Positions 17,462-26,584 of a stretch of 32,000 nt of DNA are shown piece after piece; position 1 is the first letter of the stretch, and each line of letters begins with the position of its first letter. Origin of the DNA: Ignicoccus hospitalis KIN4/I (GTDB lineage: Archaea; Thermoproteota; Thermoprotei_A; Sulfolobales; Ignicoccaceae); contig NC_009776.1 of the NCBI RefSeq assembly GCF_000017945.1, positions 30,001 through 62,000 of the forward strand, written 5' to 3'. Position numbers and translations under genes: made by a program. The notes beneath the pieces were generated by a model. The model was not told the origin of the DNA and searched no databases. It saw nothing but the letters and a program-made list of their open reading frames with translations.

Positions 17462-18195
17462 TGTCCCTGGCAGTAGCTCTGGAGGCCGGCATATGTAAGC
17501 CCGGGAACGTCTGTCCGGAGAGGGCCGGAAGCTTCTCATATCCCGACATACTAGTGGACGCCTTCGAGCTCCAGTGGGCGTGTCGCCTCTCTCAAAGGGG
17601 CGCCCCGCTGGGACTGGTTTACCGCGAGGCCTTGGGGGCTCAGCGGAGTACCCTTACGGGTTATGTCATATTAGCGGTACCCCTAATGAGACACTTGTCG
17701 AAGGGGTTGGATGCGACTAAGCGCGCTTTGGAAGATCTGAAGGCGAGTAAGGTTTACGACGCACAGCTCTTCTTGAAGTCCCTCTCGGAAACCGGCTTAA
17801 GCCACTACAAGAAGGTAGAAGGCTTCGTCGACGCCGACGAGTGGTGGACATTCGAGGGAAACCTCTGGGACCTCTTCCTCTACTTGTCGAAATTTGACGA
17901 CTTGTTTAGAGAGATAGTTAAAGGATATCCGTTAAGCTTGGAAGGCGCCCTCCGACTAATTCGGGAGGGTTATTCCAAGCGCACGCTCGAAGGGCTGCAG
18001 CGCTTCGTGCTTTCTAACATTATAGACAGTTTGGTGGCTCGCAAGCACGGCTACAGGGTGGCCTTGGGGCTCAATAGGGCCGCCAAGGAGGGCTACCACA
18101 GTTGGTACATCGAGGATAAAGGGATAAACCCGGGGACCGCCGCTGACATAATAGCCGTTTCAATACTTCTGGCGCTGGCTGAGGAAGCGAGATGA
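17461..18195 (+). CDS. triphosphoribosyl-dephospho-CoA synthase (CitG/MdcB)-like protein
   Basis: EAGICKPGNVCPERAGSFSYPDILVDA resembles the CitG 'E...KPGnV'; the C-terminal GINPGTAADIIAVSILLAL matches the family end. GTG start overlaps the upstream stop. Confidence 0.8.
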   Translation: MSLAVALEAGICKPGNVCPERAGSFSYPDILVDAFELQWACRLSQRGAPLGLVYREALGAQRSTLTGYVILAVPLMRHLSKGLDATKRALEDLKASKVYDAQLFLKSLSETGLSHYKKVEGFVDADEWWTFEGNLWDLFLYLSKFDDLFREIVKGYPLSLEGALRLIREGYSKRTLEGLQRFVLSNIIDSLVARKHGYRVALGLNRAAKEGYHSWYIEDKGINPGTAADIIAVSILLALAEEAR

Positions 18196-19349
18196 AGGTG
18201 GAAGTGACGTCTGAGGCAATAAGGAAGGCTAAGCTAGTCGGGCCGGTAATATATCAAAAGCACGTTAAGGGGAAGGCCGAAGTAGGCGAGCTCGTTGAGG
18301 TCGAAGGCGAAGGGGGGAAGCTCTGCGCCCTCTGGGACGAGACCGGCCCCGTGAGGCTCAGAGTGCTGTTCTGGCACGAGTGCCCGGGATCGGTGGAGGA
18401 CGCCATTCGAGAGGCCTTAATTAGGGCTTATAGGACTAGGGAGGCGAACGGCTCGGCCTCTTGGGAGGCCTACAGGCTAGTCAACAGCGACGGCGACTCC
18501 TTCCCCGGCCTAATAGTTGACGTCTACAAGGATTTGGCCGTCCTCCAGTCCTCCTCCCTAGCTATAGACAAGCACATAATGACCATAGCGAAGATAGTGA
18601 AGGACGTGACCGGGGCGGAGGCGGTGGCCGAGAAGAGCTCCCAGAGGGTCAGGGCCAAGGTGGGCTTGCCCCCTAGGGAGGGCCTCTTGATAGGCAACAA
18701 GAAGGAGACCGTGGTGGACGAGGAGGGGGTGAAGTTCAAGGTGAGCATAGAGGGGCAGAAGACCGGGCTCTACTTGGACCAGAGGGAGAACCGGGTTTAC
18801 GCGGAGAGGTTCTCTTCCGGCTCTAAGTTCTTGGACGCCTTCTCCTACACCGGCGGCTTCGGCCTCCACGCCTTGAAGGCCGGCGCGAGGGAAGTAACCT
18901 TCGTGGACGAGGACCCTTGGGCTTTGAGGGTTCTGAGGGAGAACTTGAGGCTGAACAACTTCGACGAGGGGAAGGTGAGAGTAGTTAGGGAGGACATCTG
19001 GAGTTATCTGAGAGCTCGACTCAAGAGGAGGGAAACCACAGAGGTCGCGAGCTACGACCCACCGGCGTTCATCCCCACCAAGGAAAAGTTGGAGGAGGGG
19101 ATGAGAGACTACATGAGGCTCTACGTTTACGCTTTGAAGCTCGCGGACCCCTCGAGTGTGGTGATGTTGTCGTCTTGTTCTCAACCGTTTACGAGGGACA
19201 TGTTCTTGTGGACGATAGCTAAGGCCTCTTACTTCAGTAATAGGGAGTCTAGAGTCTTCGCGGTTAGGGGTGCTTCAAGGGACCACGTATTTCCTCCCGG
19301 CTCCACTTACATGGAATACCTCAAGTTCGCCGCCCTCTCAGTATTTTGA
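18192..19349 (+). CDS. PUA-domain class I SAM-dependent rRNA methyltransferase (RlmI-like)
   Basis: VNSDGDSFPGLIVDVY, GLYLDQRENR, FLDAFSYTGGFGLHALKAGAREVTFVDED, YDPPAFIP. ATGA overlap with the upstream gene. Confidence 0.88.
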   Translation: MKVEVTSEAIRKAKLVGPVIYQKHVKGKAEVGELVEVEGEGGKLCALWDETGPVRLRVLFWHECPGSVEDAIREALIRAYRTREANGSASWEAYRLVNSDGDSFPGLIVDVYKDLAVLQSSSLAIDKHIMTIAKIVKDVTGAEAVAEKSSQRVRAKVGLPPREGLLIGNKKETVVDEEGVKFKVSIEGQKTGLYLDQRENRVYAERFSSGSKFLDAFSYTGGFGLHALKAGAREVTFVDEDPWALRVLRENLRLNNFDEGKVRVVREDIWSYLRARLKRRETTEVASYDPPAFIPTKEKLEEGMRDYMRLYVYALKLADPSSVVMLSSCSQPFTRDMFLWTIAKASYFSNRESRVFAVRGASRDHVFPPGSTYMEYLKFAALSVF

Positions 19350-20190
19350 AATAGTAACAACACCTCACGAACCACAAGAGCCAGCTCGCCAGTCCCTTCC
19401 CTACTATGAACGAGAGTAGAGCTGCGGAATCAATGACAGAGTCTGCCTTCGATAGCGGAAACTTCTCGCCTAAGGCAGTCACTTTCAATATCAAGTATAC
19501 GAGCGCCAGTCCGCCGCTCACGCCCAAGGTCCCTACGGGGTCCCACCAACCGTAGAAGAACAGCACAATCGTTATTGCAGATAAGTTAAAGCCGACCCAG
19601 AATGACCTCAACGAGTTGCTATAGTACAGCCTCTGCGCTATTGTTAACCAGATGAGCGCGGTGATGCCCGCGGCTACGGCGGGTACGTACCTAAAGTTCT
19701 CCATAGTGGTAAAGTGTTGCTCTATCAAGTAGACTAAGATTAAAGAAAAGAGCGCGAGTAAGCGGTCGCCCCTTTCCATAATGCCCTTTCCCGCCAGCGC
19801 TACGCCTTCGCTCTCGGCGGCGGCCCTTACGCTCGAGATTATTATGGAGCCCGTAATCCATAGGTATGTAACAGTCCACGGGACGCCGAGCGCGGGGAGC
19901 GAGTAGAAGATTATGGTGTCGTTTAGGCGGTCTACGGCCGAGTCCAAGAACGCCCCGGCTTTGGAAGTCTTTCCCGTCAGCCTGGCTACTGCCCCGTCTA
20001 AAGCGTCGAACAACGTTGACAACAAGAGGAAAGGGAGGGCTTCGAGGACCATTCCTTTCCAGACGAGGTAAGTGAAGGTGGCTGCGAAGGGTATGCTGAG
20101 CAAAGTTATTACGTTTGGCGAGAGTTTGGATAAGGGCCTAGCCGCGAGCTTGAGCAGTCCTTCTGTGCGACCCCTCAGTTTTTCCATCAA
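19321..20190 (-). CDS. CDP-alcohol phosphatidyltransferase family protein (archaeal phospholipid synthesis)
   Basis: DALDGAVARLTGKTSKAGAFLDSAVDRLND matches the DGxxAR...GxxxDxxxD motif; multiple TMs. Confidence 0.88.
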   Translation of the reverse strand: MMEKLRGRTEGLLKLAARPLSKLSPNVITLLSIPFAATFTYLVWKGMVLEALPFLLLSTLFDALDGAVARLTGKTSKAGAFLDSAVDRLNDTIIFYSLPALGVPWTVTYLWITGSIIISSVRAAAESEGVALAGKGIMERGDRLLALFSLILVYLIEQHFTTMENFRYVPAVAAGITALIWLTIAQRLYYSNSLRSFWVGFNLSAITIVLFFYGWWDPVGTLGVSGGLALVYLILKVTALGEKFPLSKADSVIDSAALLSFIVGKGLASWLLWFVRCCYYFKILRGRRT

Positions 20191-20208
20191 TCCCCTCTCC
20201 TCAAGGCC

Positions 20209-21969
20209 TCAAGAGACCATTTCTAATAACTCGCTTGAGCTCAAGAAGCGCTTGGGGTACCACTTAGCTAGGACTTCCTTATAGTTCAAGAACCTCGTGT
20301 CTGCAAGTATTACGACCCCGCTGTCGGAGGGACTCCTCACCAACCTCCCGACGGCTTGTTTTACTTTGACTAACATTTCCTCCTCGTAGAGCTTTTCCAA
20401 CGTCTTCTTCCAGTCTCCCTTTGAGACCGCCTTTGAGAAGTCCTCAAGGTAAGGGCTGGGCGACGGGAAGGGAGCACCCAATACGGCGACCGCCCTTATT
20501 ATGCTAGAGCCCCCTTCGTCAACTAATTCCACTCCTTCAGTCAACTGATCCCCGGCGACCGCGGCTACGAGTGACGCGCCCCTCTTGGCCGCTTCTAAGA
20601 CCTTATGGCCCAACCCCCTCTCGCTCACTATCACGTTGACTTCGCCCCTCTCGGAGAGCTCTGACAAGTGGGGTTTAGCTAAGGAGAGCGCGCTGTAAGA
20701 GGGGTAAACCATCAAGCAAGTCCCTCCGCTCCTCGCGACCATCCGGTAGCACGCTAGTTCAATCCTCTTACGCCTCTCCATCATTACGGGGTCGTTCCTA
20801 AGCTTGTACTTGCTGCTGTAGTCGGTAATAAACAAATACATTACGTTGTTTGGGTTAAACAAGTTAAAGTAAGAATTCCTCAAATACTCATTATCGAACA
20901 AGTCTAAGTAAACCACTTCAGCCGACAGAACGGTTTCGAGGAACTGTTTGGAGTGTAGGGTTCCCGAGAGGAGTATTAACCCCTTGCTCTCATTGACGTA
21001 CTTGGAGATCCAAGGCTTAAGTTCCCTGATAACGAGGGAATCTCCCTCCAGGTAAGCCGCCCCGTGCCCGCTCTCTAAGAGCGTGAAGGCTTCCAAGACG
21101 TCCCTAATCTGTACGGCCAAGTCCGCGGCTGGGTGGGCTTCTAAGACTAATTTGGGTAATGCCCTCTCTAGCGCTTCCACTATTATCTTTATTTCTGAGG
21201 TCGACACCTCGAAGAAGTTAGTTACTCTCAGCGGCCTTTCCACCACACTGAAACCTTTCAACCTCCTGAGCACGTTGATCAACGAGAGTATAGTTGTGGA
21301 AAAAGTCTTCATAACCTCGACAACCTCCTTCACTCCCTCAGTACTGTTTAGCGACTTGAAGAGTTTGGGGTAGGAGGACAGCAAGCCTATCGCTCTATCA
21401 AGCTTGAACTTCCTCTCCCTTACAAACTTCAGCAAGTTATGCGCCTCGTCGACGACTATTAGGGCCTCCTTGAGGTCCGTTCCTAGTTTAGGCAAGATGT
21501 CCGGGGAGAGGTACTGGTAACTTAACACCACTAAGTCTGCGTCCTTGGAGAGCTCCTTCAATGTTACGTAGGGACATTTGAAGGACCTTATAGTACTCTC
21601 AATCCATGAGAAAACCTCCGTCCACGAAGCGGGCGGCTCACCTACCCTGTCCCTCCAAGAGCACTGAGGGCACAAGTTCACCCCGGCGTAGCCGGCTGGA
21701 CAAGCCTTCTCCTTCCCTATCAGCGGGACGGCCTTCAGACGTAACCCGAACCTCTCTACGTCCCTGAGCGGGGGGAGGAGCTGGGTTACTGTCCTCACTG
21801 CGAACAAGGACTTCTTAGCTATCCCGAGCTCTATAGCACTTTCGATTATCTTGAGGGCAGTTAGGGTCTTACCGCTTCCAGTGGGGGAGTTGATTGCAAT
21901 GACCTTCTTGCCCTCTTTCAGCTCTTCGAGTGAACGGTTCACGAAGTACTGTTGCCAAGGCCTTAGCAT
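20209..21969 (-). CDS. XPD/Rad3-like superfamily 2 helicase with Fe-S cysteines
   Basis: Walker A NSPTGSGKTLTAL, DEAH box VVDEAHN, candidate Fe-S cysteines CPAGYAGVNLCPQC...KCPY, QAVGRLVRSPSDSGV. Confidence 0.9.
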   Translation of the reverse strand: MLRPWQQYFVNRSLEELKEGKKVIAINSPTGSGKTLTALKIIESAIELGIAKKSLFAVRTVTQLLPPLRDVERFGLRLKAVPLIGKEKACPAGYAGVNLCPQCSWRDRVGEPPASWTEVFSWIESTIRSFKCPYVTLKELSKDADLVVLSYQYLSPDILPKLGTDLKEALIVVDEAHNLLKFVRERKFKLDRAIGLLSSYPKLFKSLNSTEGVKEVVEVMKTFSTTILSLINVLRRLKGFSVVERPLRVTNFFEVSTSEIKIIVEALERALPKLVLEAHPAADLAVQIRDVLEAFTLLESGHGAAYLEGDSLVIRELKPWISKYVNESKGLILLSGTLHSKQFLETVLSAEVVYLDLFDNEYLRNSYFNLFNPNNVMYLFITDYSSKYKLRNDPVMMERRKRIELACYRMVARSGGTCLMVYPSYSALSLAKPHLSELSERGEVNVIVSERGLGHKVLEAAKRGASLVAAVAGDQLTEGVELVDEGGSSIIRAVAVLGAPFPSPSPYLEDFSKAVSKGDWKKTLEKLYEEEMLVKVKQAVGRLVRSPSDSGVVILADTRFLNYKEVLAKWYPKRFLSSSELLEMVS

Positions 21970-21989
21970 CTGGAAATCCGCGGAGGGGC

Positions 21990-22436
21990 TCAGCTGCGGC
22001 CTAATAACTCCCAGAGGAGCTCTTCGAAGCTCTCGGTGTCGTGACCGCTCTCCAGCCAGAAGAACTTGTTGCCGGAGCTCCAGAAGGCTGAGGGGTAGGA
22101 TTCTTTGAAGTTGGGATACGTAGTATAGACCATTATAACGTCTTTATTCCCGACTTTAGTTTTCGTCACTTTCTCTATATCCATCATATCTTTGAGAGCT
22201 GTCAATGTGTTGTAGACCCAGTTCACCAAGCCCTTGGCCTTATCTTCGTTTTCTAACTCAAAGATCCATAGCACAGAATCATCGTCATAGCGTATCGCAG
22301 TCACTTTATCCGGGTCGACGACCTTGCTCGAGAGCATAGCCCTTGCGAGGGCGGTCTTAGCTTTTTCAAATAACTCGAAGGCCTTCTGACCACTAACTCT
22401 CGAGACCTCTCGCGGCAAGCCCGTGCTACCCATCAC
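21990..22436 (-). CDS. hypothetical protein (~148 aa)
   Basis: Intact ORF with normal composition, 20 nt upstream of the XPD-like gene on the same strand. Confidence 0.6.
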   Translation of the reverse strand: MMGSTGLPREVSRVSGQKAFELFEKAKTALARAMLSSKVVDPDKVTAIRYDDDSVLWIFELENEDKAKGLVNWVYNTLTALKDMMDIEKVTKTKVGNKDVIMVYTTYPNFKESYPSAFWSSGNKFFWLESGHDTESFEELLWELLGRS

Positions 22437-22481
22437 TACATACGCCCCGGGGTTAGATTAAGGGATGAGGTCGTCAAGGCC

Positions 22482-23213
22482 GTGTTTCGCTACTTCGGTA
22501 TCTTGTCGCCCGGGAGTTCAATAAAGGAGGGCGAGTGGACCGTTGAGTTGCGTTGTAGTAAGGAGGGCAACTGTATCTATAGAAGACAGTCCTCGGAGAC
22601 GGGCGAGAGCGTAGAAGAGATACTCGGAGGGGTGGACGAGCTTCGGCTCTACCCGGACATCTACGGCGGTGAGAACGTCTACTACTTGTACTTGGATCTC
22701 GAAAGAGAACTGCTGTTAGCTCCGGACTCCGAGACCATGATTACTGTGGGCGTACCGATAGCTATCAGAGTTGTAATGATTAAGAGATTCATGTTTAGGG
22801 ATGTTAGCACGGGCAAGGAGTGGGTAGAGGAGCGCAAATATGAGGTAGACAGGATACCGCTCTCCAAGGTCACCTACGCCCTCTATGGAAGTCCGGAGAG
22901 GGGGATACTCGCCCGCTATTATAAGGCCAAAGTGGGTTCGTGGCTTATATTGAAAGAAGCCCCAATGGAAGTTTATATATTCAACAATACGCAAAGGGTC
23001 GAAAAGGTGAAGAGAATAGTCTTTCCGACTCTGTTACCCAAGTTGTTCTTCGTACCCGGCAGCGGCAAAGTGGACGTCTCCCCGATAGCTGTTGAGATAG
23101 AGAGGGGCGTGGCTACGATCAGAAGGCTGAGGGACACACCCAGAAAGCAAGGTTACGTGGAAGTCCCGGACACGGGGAAGGTTCCTAGGTGGGTGGCTAT
23201 TTTTGGTCTTTGA
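22482..23213 (+). CDS. conserved-looking hypothetical protein, possibly DUF432-like
   Basis: 243 aa with beta-rich character. DUF432 is a tentative recollection, strengthened only by the adjacent MscS gene. Confidence 0.5.
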   Translation: MFRYFGILSPGSSIKEGEWTVELRCSKEGNCIYRRQSSETGESVEEILGGVDELRLYPDIYGGENVYYLYLDLERELLLAPDSETMITVGVPIAIRVVMIKRFMFRDVSTGKEWVEERKYEVDRIPLSKVTYALYGSPERGILARYYKAKVGSWLILKEAPMEVYIFNNTQRVEKVKRIVFPTLLPKLFFVPGSGKVDVSPIAVEIERGVATIRRLRDTPRKQGYVEVPDTGKVPRWVAIFGL

Positions 23214-23970
23214 GGTAGACTACGTGTATAGGGAACGGTATCTCAATGTTGTACTTCTGGCACACCTTGAATATTTCCTCACGGATTGATTTGTACATAT
23301 CATACCACTTCTTCGTGGGCACCCACAAGTTAAGCCTTATTAGGACGTAGAAGTCGCCGAAATCTTCGATGAATATCTCTGGCTCGGGTACTTGCAAGAC
23401 GTCGGGGTGTTTGGAGAAGTAACTCCTAAAGACGTCTAACGCCTTCAACGCGTCAGAATAGCTTACGCCGACCCGTACTTGGAGGCGTCTTGCAACAGTT
23501 CCAGTCTTATTGATTATAATGTCATTGAAGAAGGTTGAGTTAGGTATGCGCGCTAACTCGCCGTCTATGGTGAGTAGCATAGTAGAAAATATGTTGAAAG
23601 ATTGGACTTTCCCGCTGATGCCGCTATTCTTGAGCTCGACAAAGTCCCCTATTTTTAGGGGTCTTTCAATCATTAGGAATAGGCCGGATATCGCGTTTGA
23701 TATTACTGTTTGAGCTGCGAACGAAATAGCCAAGGTTAATATACCACCTGCCATCAGCAAGTTTTGTATTGGGACTCCTATTGCCGACAAGAAAGCCATT
23801 ATCAAAAGTGCGTAAATGAGGTACGTTATTATGCGAACGCCCATAAACGCTAGGTTTTCGTCGCCTAAGCTTCTGACCAAGAGTTCACTCAGCTTGTCCT
23901 CTCCAACTTTTCTGATGATTAGATATATCGACAGCAACACTACAATACTCAGAACGTCCACGGGCGTCAA
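23197..23970 (-). CDS. small-conductance mechanosensitive channel (MscS family)
   Basis: GGILTLAISFAAQTVISNAISGLFLMIERPLKIGDFV is the MscS TM3/beta-domain signature. Confidence 0.93.
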   Translation of the reverse strand: MTPVDVLSIVVLLSIYLIIRKVGEDKLSELLVRSLGDENLAFMGVRIITYLIYALLIMAFLSAIGVPIQNLLMAGGILTLAISFAAQTVISNAISGLFLMIERPLKIGDFVELKNSGISGKVQSFNIFSTMLLTIDGELARIPNSTFFNDIIINKTGTVARRLQVRVGVSYSDALKALDVFRSYFSKHPDVLQVPEPEIFIEDFGDFYVLIRLNLWVPTKKWYDMYKSIREEIFKVCQKYNIEIPFPIHVVYLKDQK

Positions 23971-24108
23971 CGCTTTACTTCCGACGAGACGCGTGTGCCA
24001 GGGTCGTAAAAGCCGATGAGGACCCGTGTTTCAGCCGAACTCGTGAGGAGACGAGGCCGTGCACCGAGGCTTAAAGAGTAAATGGTCATTCGAAGTGGCG
24101 GATGAAGA

Positions 24109-24954
24109 ATGAAGGTGGGGATAGCCTACGACCATCCCAGGTGGGAGGAGAAACACATAATCGAGCTGTTGAGGTCTAGGGGCCACGAGGTGATAGAGTA
24201 TCCTCTCAGACATAGTTCGTTCGAAATAGGCGTCTCCAGCGAACTTCCGGACGTGGTGGTTCAAAGGGCTGTGAGCAGCGCTAGGGCGATTTCCTTCACC
24301 GCGCACATGGAGTCAATGGGCGTTCCGGTAGTTAATTCTCTTCATACACAGCTGGTGTGCGATAATAAGGTGTTGACAGACTCGGCCCTCAATAAGGAGA
24401 ACGTGCCTCGGCCCAGAACGTTCATCGCGTACGACTTGGAGAGCGCCTTAGAGGCCGCTAGGGAGTTAGGCTTTCCCCTAGTCGTTAAGCCCCTACAGGG
24501 GAGTTGGGGGAGGCTTCAAGCCTTAGTAAAGGACGAGGACGCCCTAAAGGCCATAATAGAGCATAGGGAAGCCATGCCTTCGCCCCAGTTCAAGGTCCAT
24601 TACCTTCAAGAATATATAAACAAGCCTAATAGAGACATCAGAGTGTTCGTAGTAGGGGACTCCGTTCCAGTAGCTATATATAGAATCTCCGAGAGGGAGT
24701 GGAGGACCAACACGGCCCTTGGGGGCAGGGCCGAGAAGGCAGAAGTCGACGAGGAGCTCGAGGAACTTGCCATAAAGGCGGCTAGGGCTGTGGGAGGCGG
24801 CGTGTTGGGCGTGGACGTGGTCGAAGATCCAGAGAGGGGCTACTTAGTGATTGAGGTTAATTCCAACGTGGACTTTAAAAACACATACAAGGTTACAGGC
24901 TTTGATATGGGAGAAGCCATAATAGACTATGCTTTGTCTTTAGTAAAACGTTGA
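24109..24954 (+). CDS. ATP-grasp ligase, LysX/RimK-like
   Basis: LEAARELGFPLVVKPLQGSWGR, VVGDSVPVAIYRIS, GVDVVEDPERGYLVIEVNSNVDFKNTYKVTG; the FKN...TG segment resembles LysX/ArgX. Confidence 0.85.
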   Translation: MKVGIAYDHPRWEEKHIIELLRSRGHEVIEYPLRHSSFEIGVSSELPDVVVQRAVSSARAISFTAHMESMGVPVVNSLHTQLVCDNKVLTDSALNKENVPRPRTFIAYDLESALEAARELGFPLVVKPLQGSWGRLQALVKDEDALKAIIEHREAMPSPQFKVHYLQEYINKPNRDIRVFVVGDSVPVAIYRISEREWRTNTALGGRAEKAEVDEELEELAIKAARAVGGGVLGVDVVEDPERGYLVIEVNSNVDFKNTYKVTGFDMGEAIIDYALSLVKR

Positions 24955-25000
24955 GGTCCTTAAATAGGCCACTTAACTGCGGGCTGAGTGGTGGAAGGGA

Positions 25001-25720
25001 GTGACCCTGAACAAGGGCGACATAGTTGTCTTAGATTACACCTTAAGACTGGCTGATACAGGAGAAGTAATTACTACTACCTCCGAAGAAGAGGCCAAGA
25101 AGGCCGGCATCTACAAGGAGGGCGAGAAGTATGAGCCAGTAATAGTGGTTGTCGGCGAGGGGAGCTTACTCCCCGGGCTAGAGGAAGCAGTCGTCGAGAT
25201 GAAGGAAGGCGAAGAGAAGGAAATAGAAATACCGCCTTCCAAGGCGTACGGCGAGAGGGACCCGGCGAAAGTTAAGGTATACAGCTTGAGGGAGTTTAAG
25301 AAGGCCGGCGTGAAGAACGTTTACCCTGGCATGGTTGTTAGAATAGGCAACGAGTTGGGCATAGTTAGGAGCGTCGACGGGGGGAGGGTTAGAGTAGACT
25401 TCAACAACCCCTATGCCGGGAAGACCATCAAAGCCCGGGTTAAGGTAATAAAGATAGTCAAAGAGCCCAAGGACAAAGTAGAGTACTTGATCAAGAGAAG
25501 GTTGCCCGAGGCCGAGATGAAATACGAGGATGGGGCAGTCACGATAACATTGCCCCTCAAGTATATATTGGCTGACAACATCCAAGCGGTGAAGGTAGTG
25601 TTGGCCGACGAGATATTCAAGTGGGTACCAGAGGTCAAGGAAGTGAAGTTCGTAGAACCGATAAAGAGGCCCGAAGGGGAGCCCGAAGGGGAGCAAGAGT
25701 CAGAGGGGACACAAAGCTAA
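25001..25720 (+). CDS. FKBP-type (SlyD-like) peptidyl-prolyl isomerase
   Basis: KGDIVVLDYTLRLADTGEVITTT, EGSLLPGLEEAVVEMKEGEEKEIEIPPSKAYGERD; IF insert (LREFKKAG..NVYPG). GTG start. Confidence 0.93.
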   Translation: MTLNKGDIVVLDYTLRLADTGEVITTTSEEEAKKAGIYKEGEKYEPVIVVVGEGSLLPGLEEAVVEMKEGEEKEIEIPPSKAYGERDPAKVKVYSLREFKKAGVKNVYPGMVVRIGNELGIVRSVDGGRVRVDFNNPYAGKTIKARVKVIKIVKEPKDKVEYLIKRRLPEAEMKYEDGAVTITLPLKYILADNIQAVKVVLADEIFKWVPEVKEVKFVEPIKRPEGEPEGEQESEGTQS

Positions 25721-25750
25721 GACTAGGATCGATCCACGCGTTTTTGTAAT

Positions 25751-26287
25751 TTAAAAACTTCTCCTCGGTGTCTCCACTCGTATTTCTACCGGGGCGCCTA
25801 GTATCTCTTCCAGAATCTTCTCCACTTGTTCCTTAGGTATCGCCAGCCTCCTCAGAGGGCCTCTAACGTTAACGACGTACTTCTGCGTCCCGTCGGGTAG
25901 CCACATAATGTTTATTCCCTTTACTGTCAGGGGGATCAACAGTTGGGAGACTAACTGCCTCGGGTCCTCCTCGCTCTTTAACAACACCCTTATTCGGTAG
26001 TCGCGGCCTAACTCCTTGACCAGCGCTTGTCGGATCTTCTTAGCGAGTTCGTTGGAGGCTTTGTCAACTTTTATCACTACGATCAATGTATTGTCAACTT
26101 GGTAGGTTTTCTCGTACGTCGCGTTTCTCAGTTCCTTTATTTCGTTTTCTAAATTCAGTAGCACCCTCATTATGTCTACTTCTATGGGTTTTACTATCCC
26201 TTCATCCACCTTTCTCTGACAGCTCGGACAGAGGACTCCGGTCTTGACGCAGATTACATCCAAAGGTATCCTCACTATCGTCATCAC
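25751..26287 (-). CDS. archaeal NusA/KH-like protein with CxxC zinc motif (tentative)
   Basis: CVKTGVLCPSCQRKVDEG, LLIPLTVKGINIMWLPDGTQKYVVNVRG. Resembles crenarchaeal NusA-like proteins; from memory only. Confidence 0.55.
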   Translation of the reverse strand: MMTIVRIPLDVICVKTGVLCPSCQRKVDEGIVKPIEVDIMRVLLNLENEIKELRNATYEKTYQVDNTLIVVIKVDKASNELAKKIRQALVKELGRDYRIRVLLKSEEDPRQLVSQLLIPLTVKGINIMWLPDGTQKYVVNVRGPLRRLAIPKEQVEKILEEILGAPVEIRVETPRRSF

Positions 26288-26403
26288 CTCGTCATTTTCT
26301 TCGAGTGGCGCTGGCGCGTGACGGAATAAAAGGATTTTATTTTGAGCGGCGACACCTGCGGCCTTGTAGTTATTATGACCGGCGAGGAAGGGTAAGTGGT
26401 AAA

Positions 26404-26411
26404 TTAATAAT
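26404..26411 (+). promoter_or_regulatory. TATA box of tRNA-Cys
   Basis: TTAATAAT centred ~30 nt upstream of the tRNA 5' end. Confidence 0.55.
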
Positions 26412-26437
26412 CCCTACATGCTTTCCAGACTGATGGA

Positions 26438-26542
26438 GCCGGGGTGCCCGAGCGGCCTAAGGGGTCGGGCTGCAGTGGAGCGTTGGCCACCGCCCGTTGG
26501 ATACCCGATCTCTCCCGGGTTCGAATCCCGGCCCCGGCTCCA
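26438..26542 (+). tRNA. tRNA-Cys(GCA) with predicted intron at ~26476-26502; CCA encoded
   Basis: Acceptor GCCGGGG/CCCCGGC, discriminator T (typical of tRNA-Cys), CCA at 26540-26542, D stem CCC/GGG, anticodon stem TCGGG/CCCGA with CT-GCA-G, T arm CCGGG-TTCGAAT-CCCGG. Confidence 0.88.
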
Positions 26543-26584
26543 CCTACCATCACGCTTCTCGTCCCGCAACGACGGTGATCAGAG

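Noticed and set aside
18558-19184. 208-aa minus-strand ORF (MRTRRQHHHTRG...)
   Set aside because: Fully antisense to the PUA-methyltransferase gene; His/Leu/Gln-rich composition typical of a shadow frame.
26438-26542. Reading the tRNA as tRNA-Ser (class II) using TGGA as T33 plus GGA
   Set aside because: The D arm looks class-II-like, but the anticodon stem TCGGG/CCCGA frames GCA. The discriminator is T, typical of Cys, and only ~6 nt remain for the variable region.
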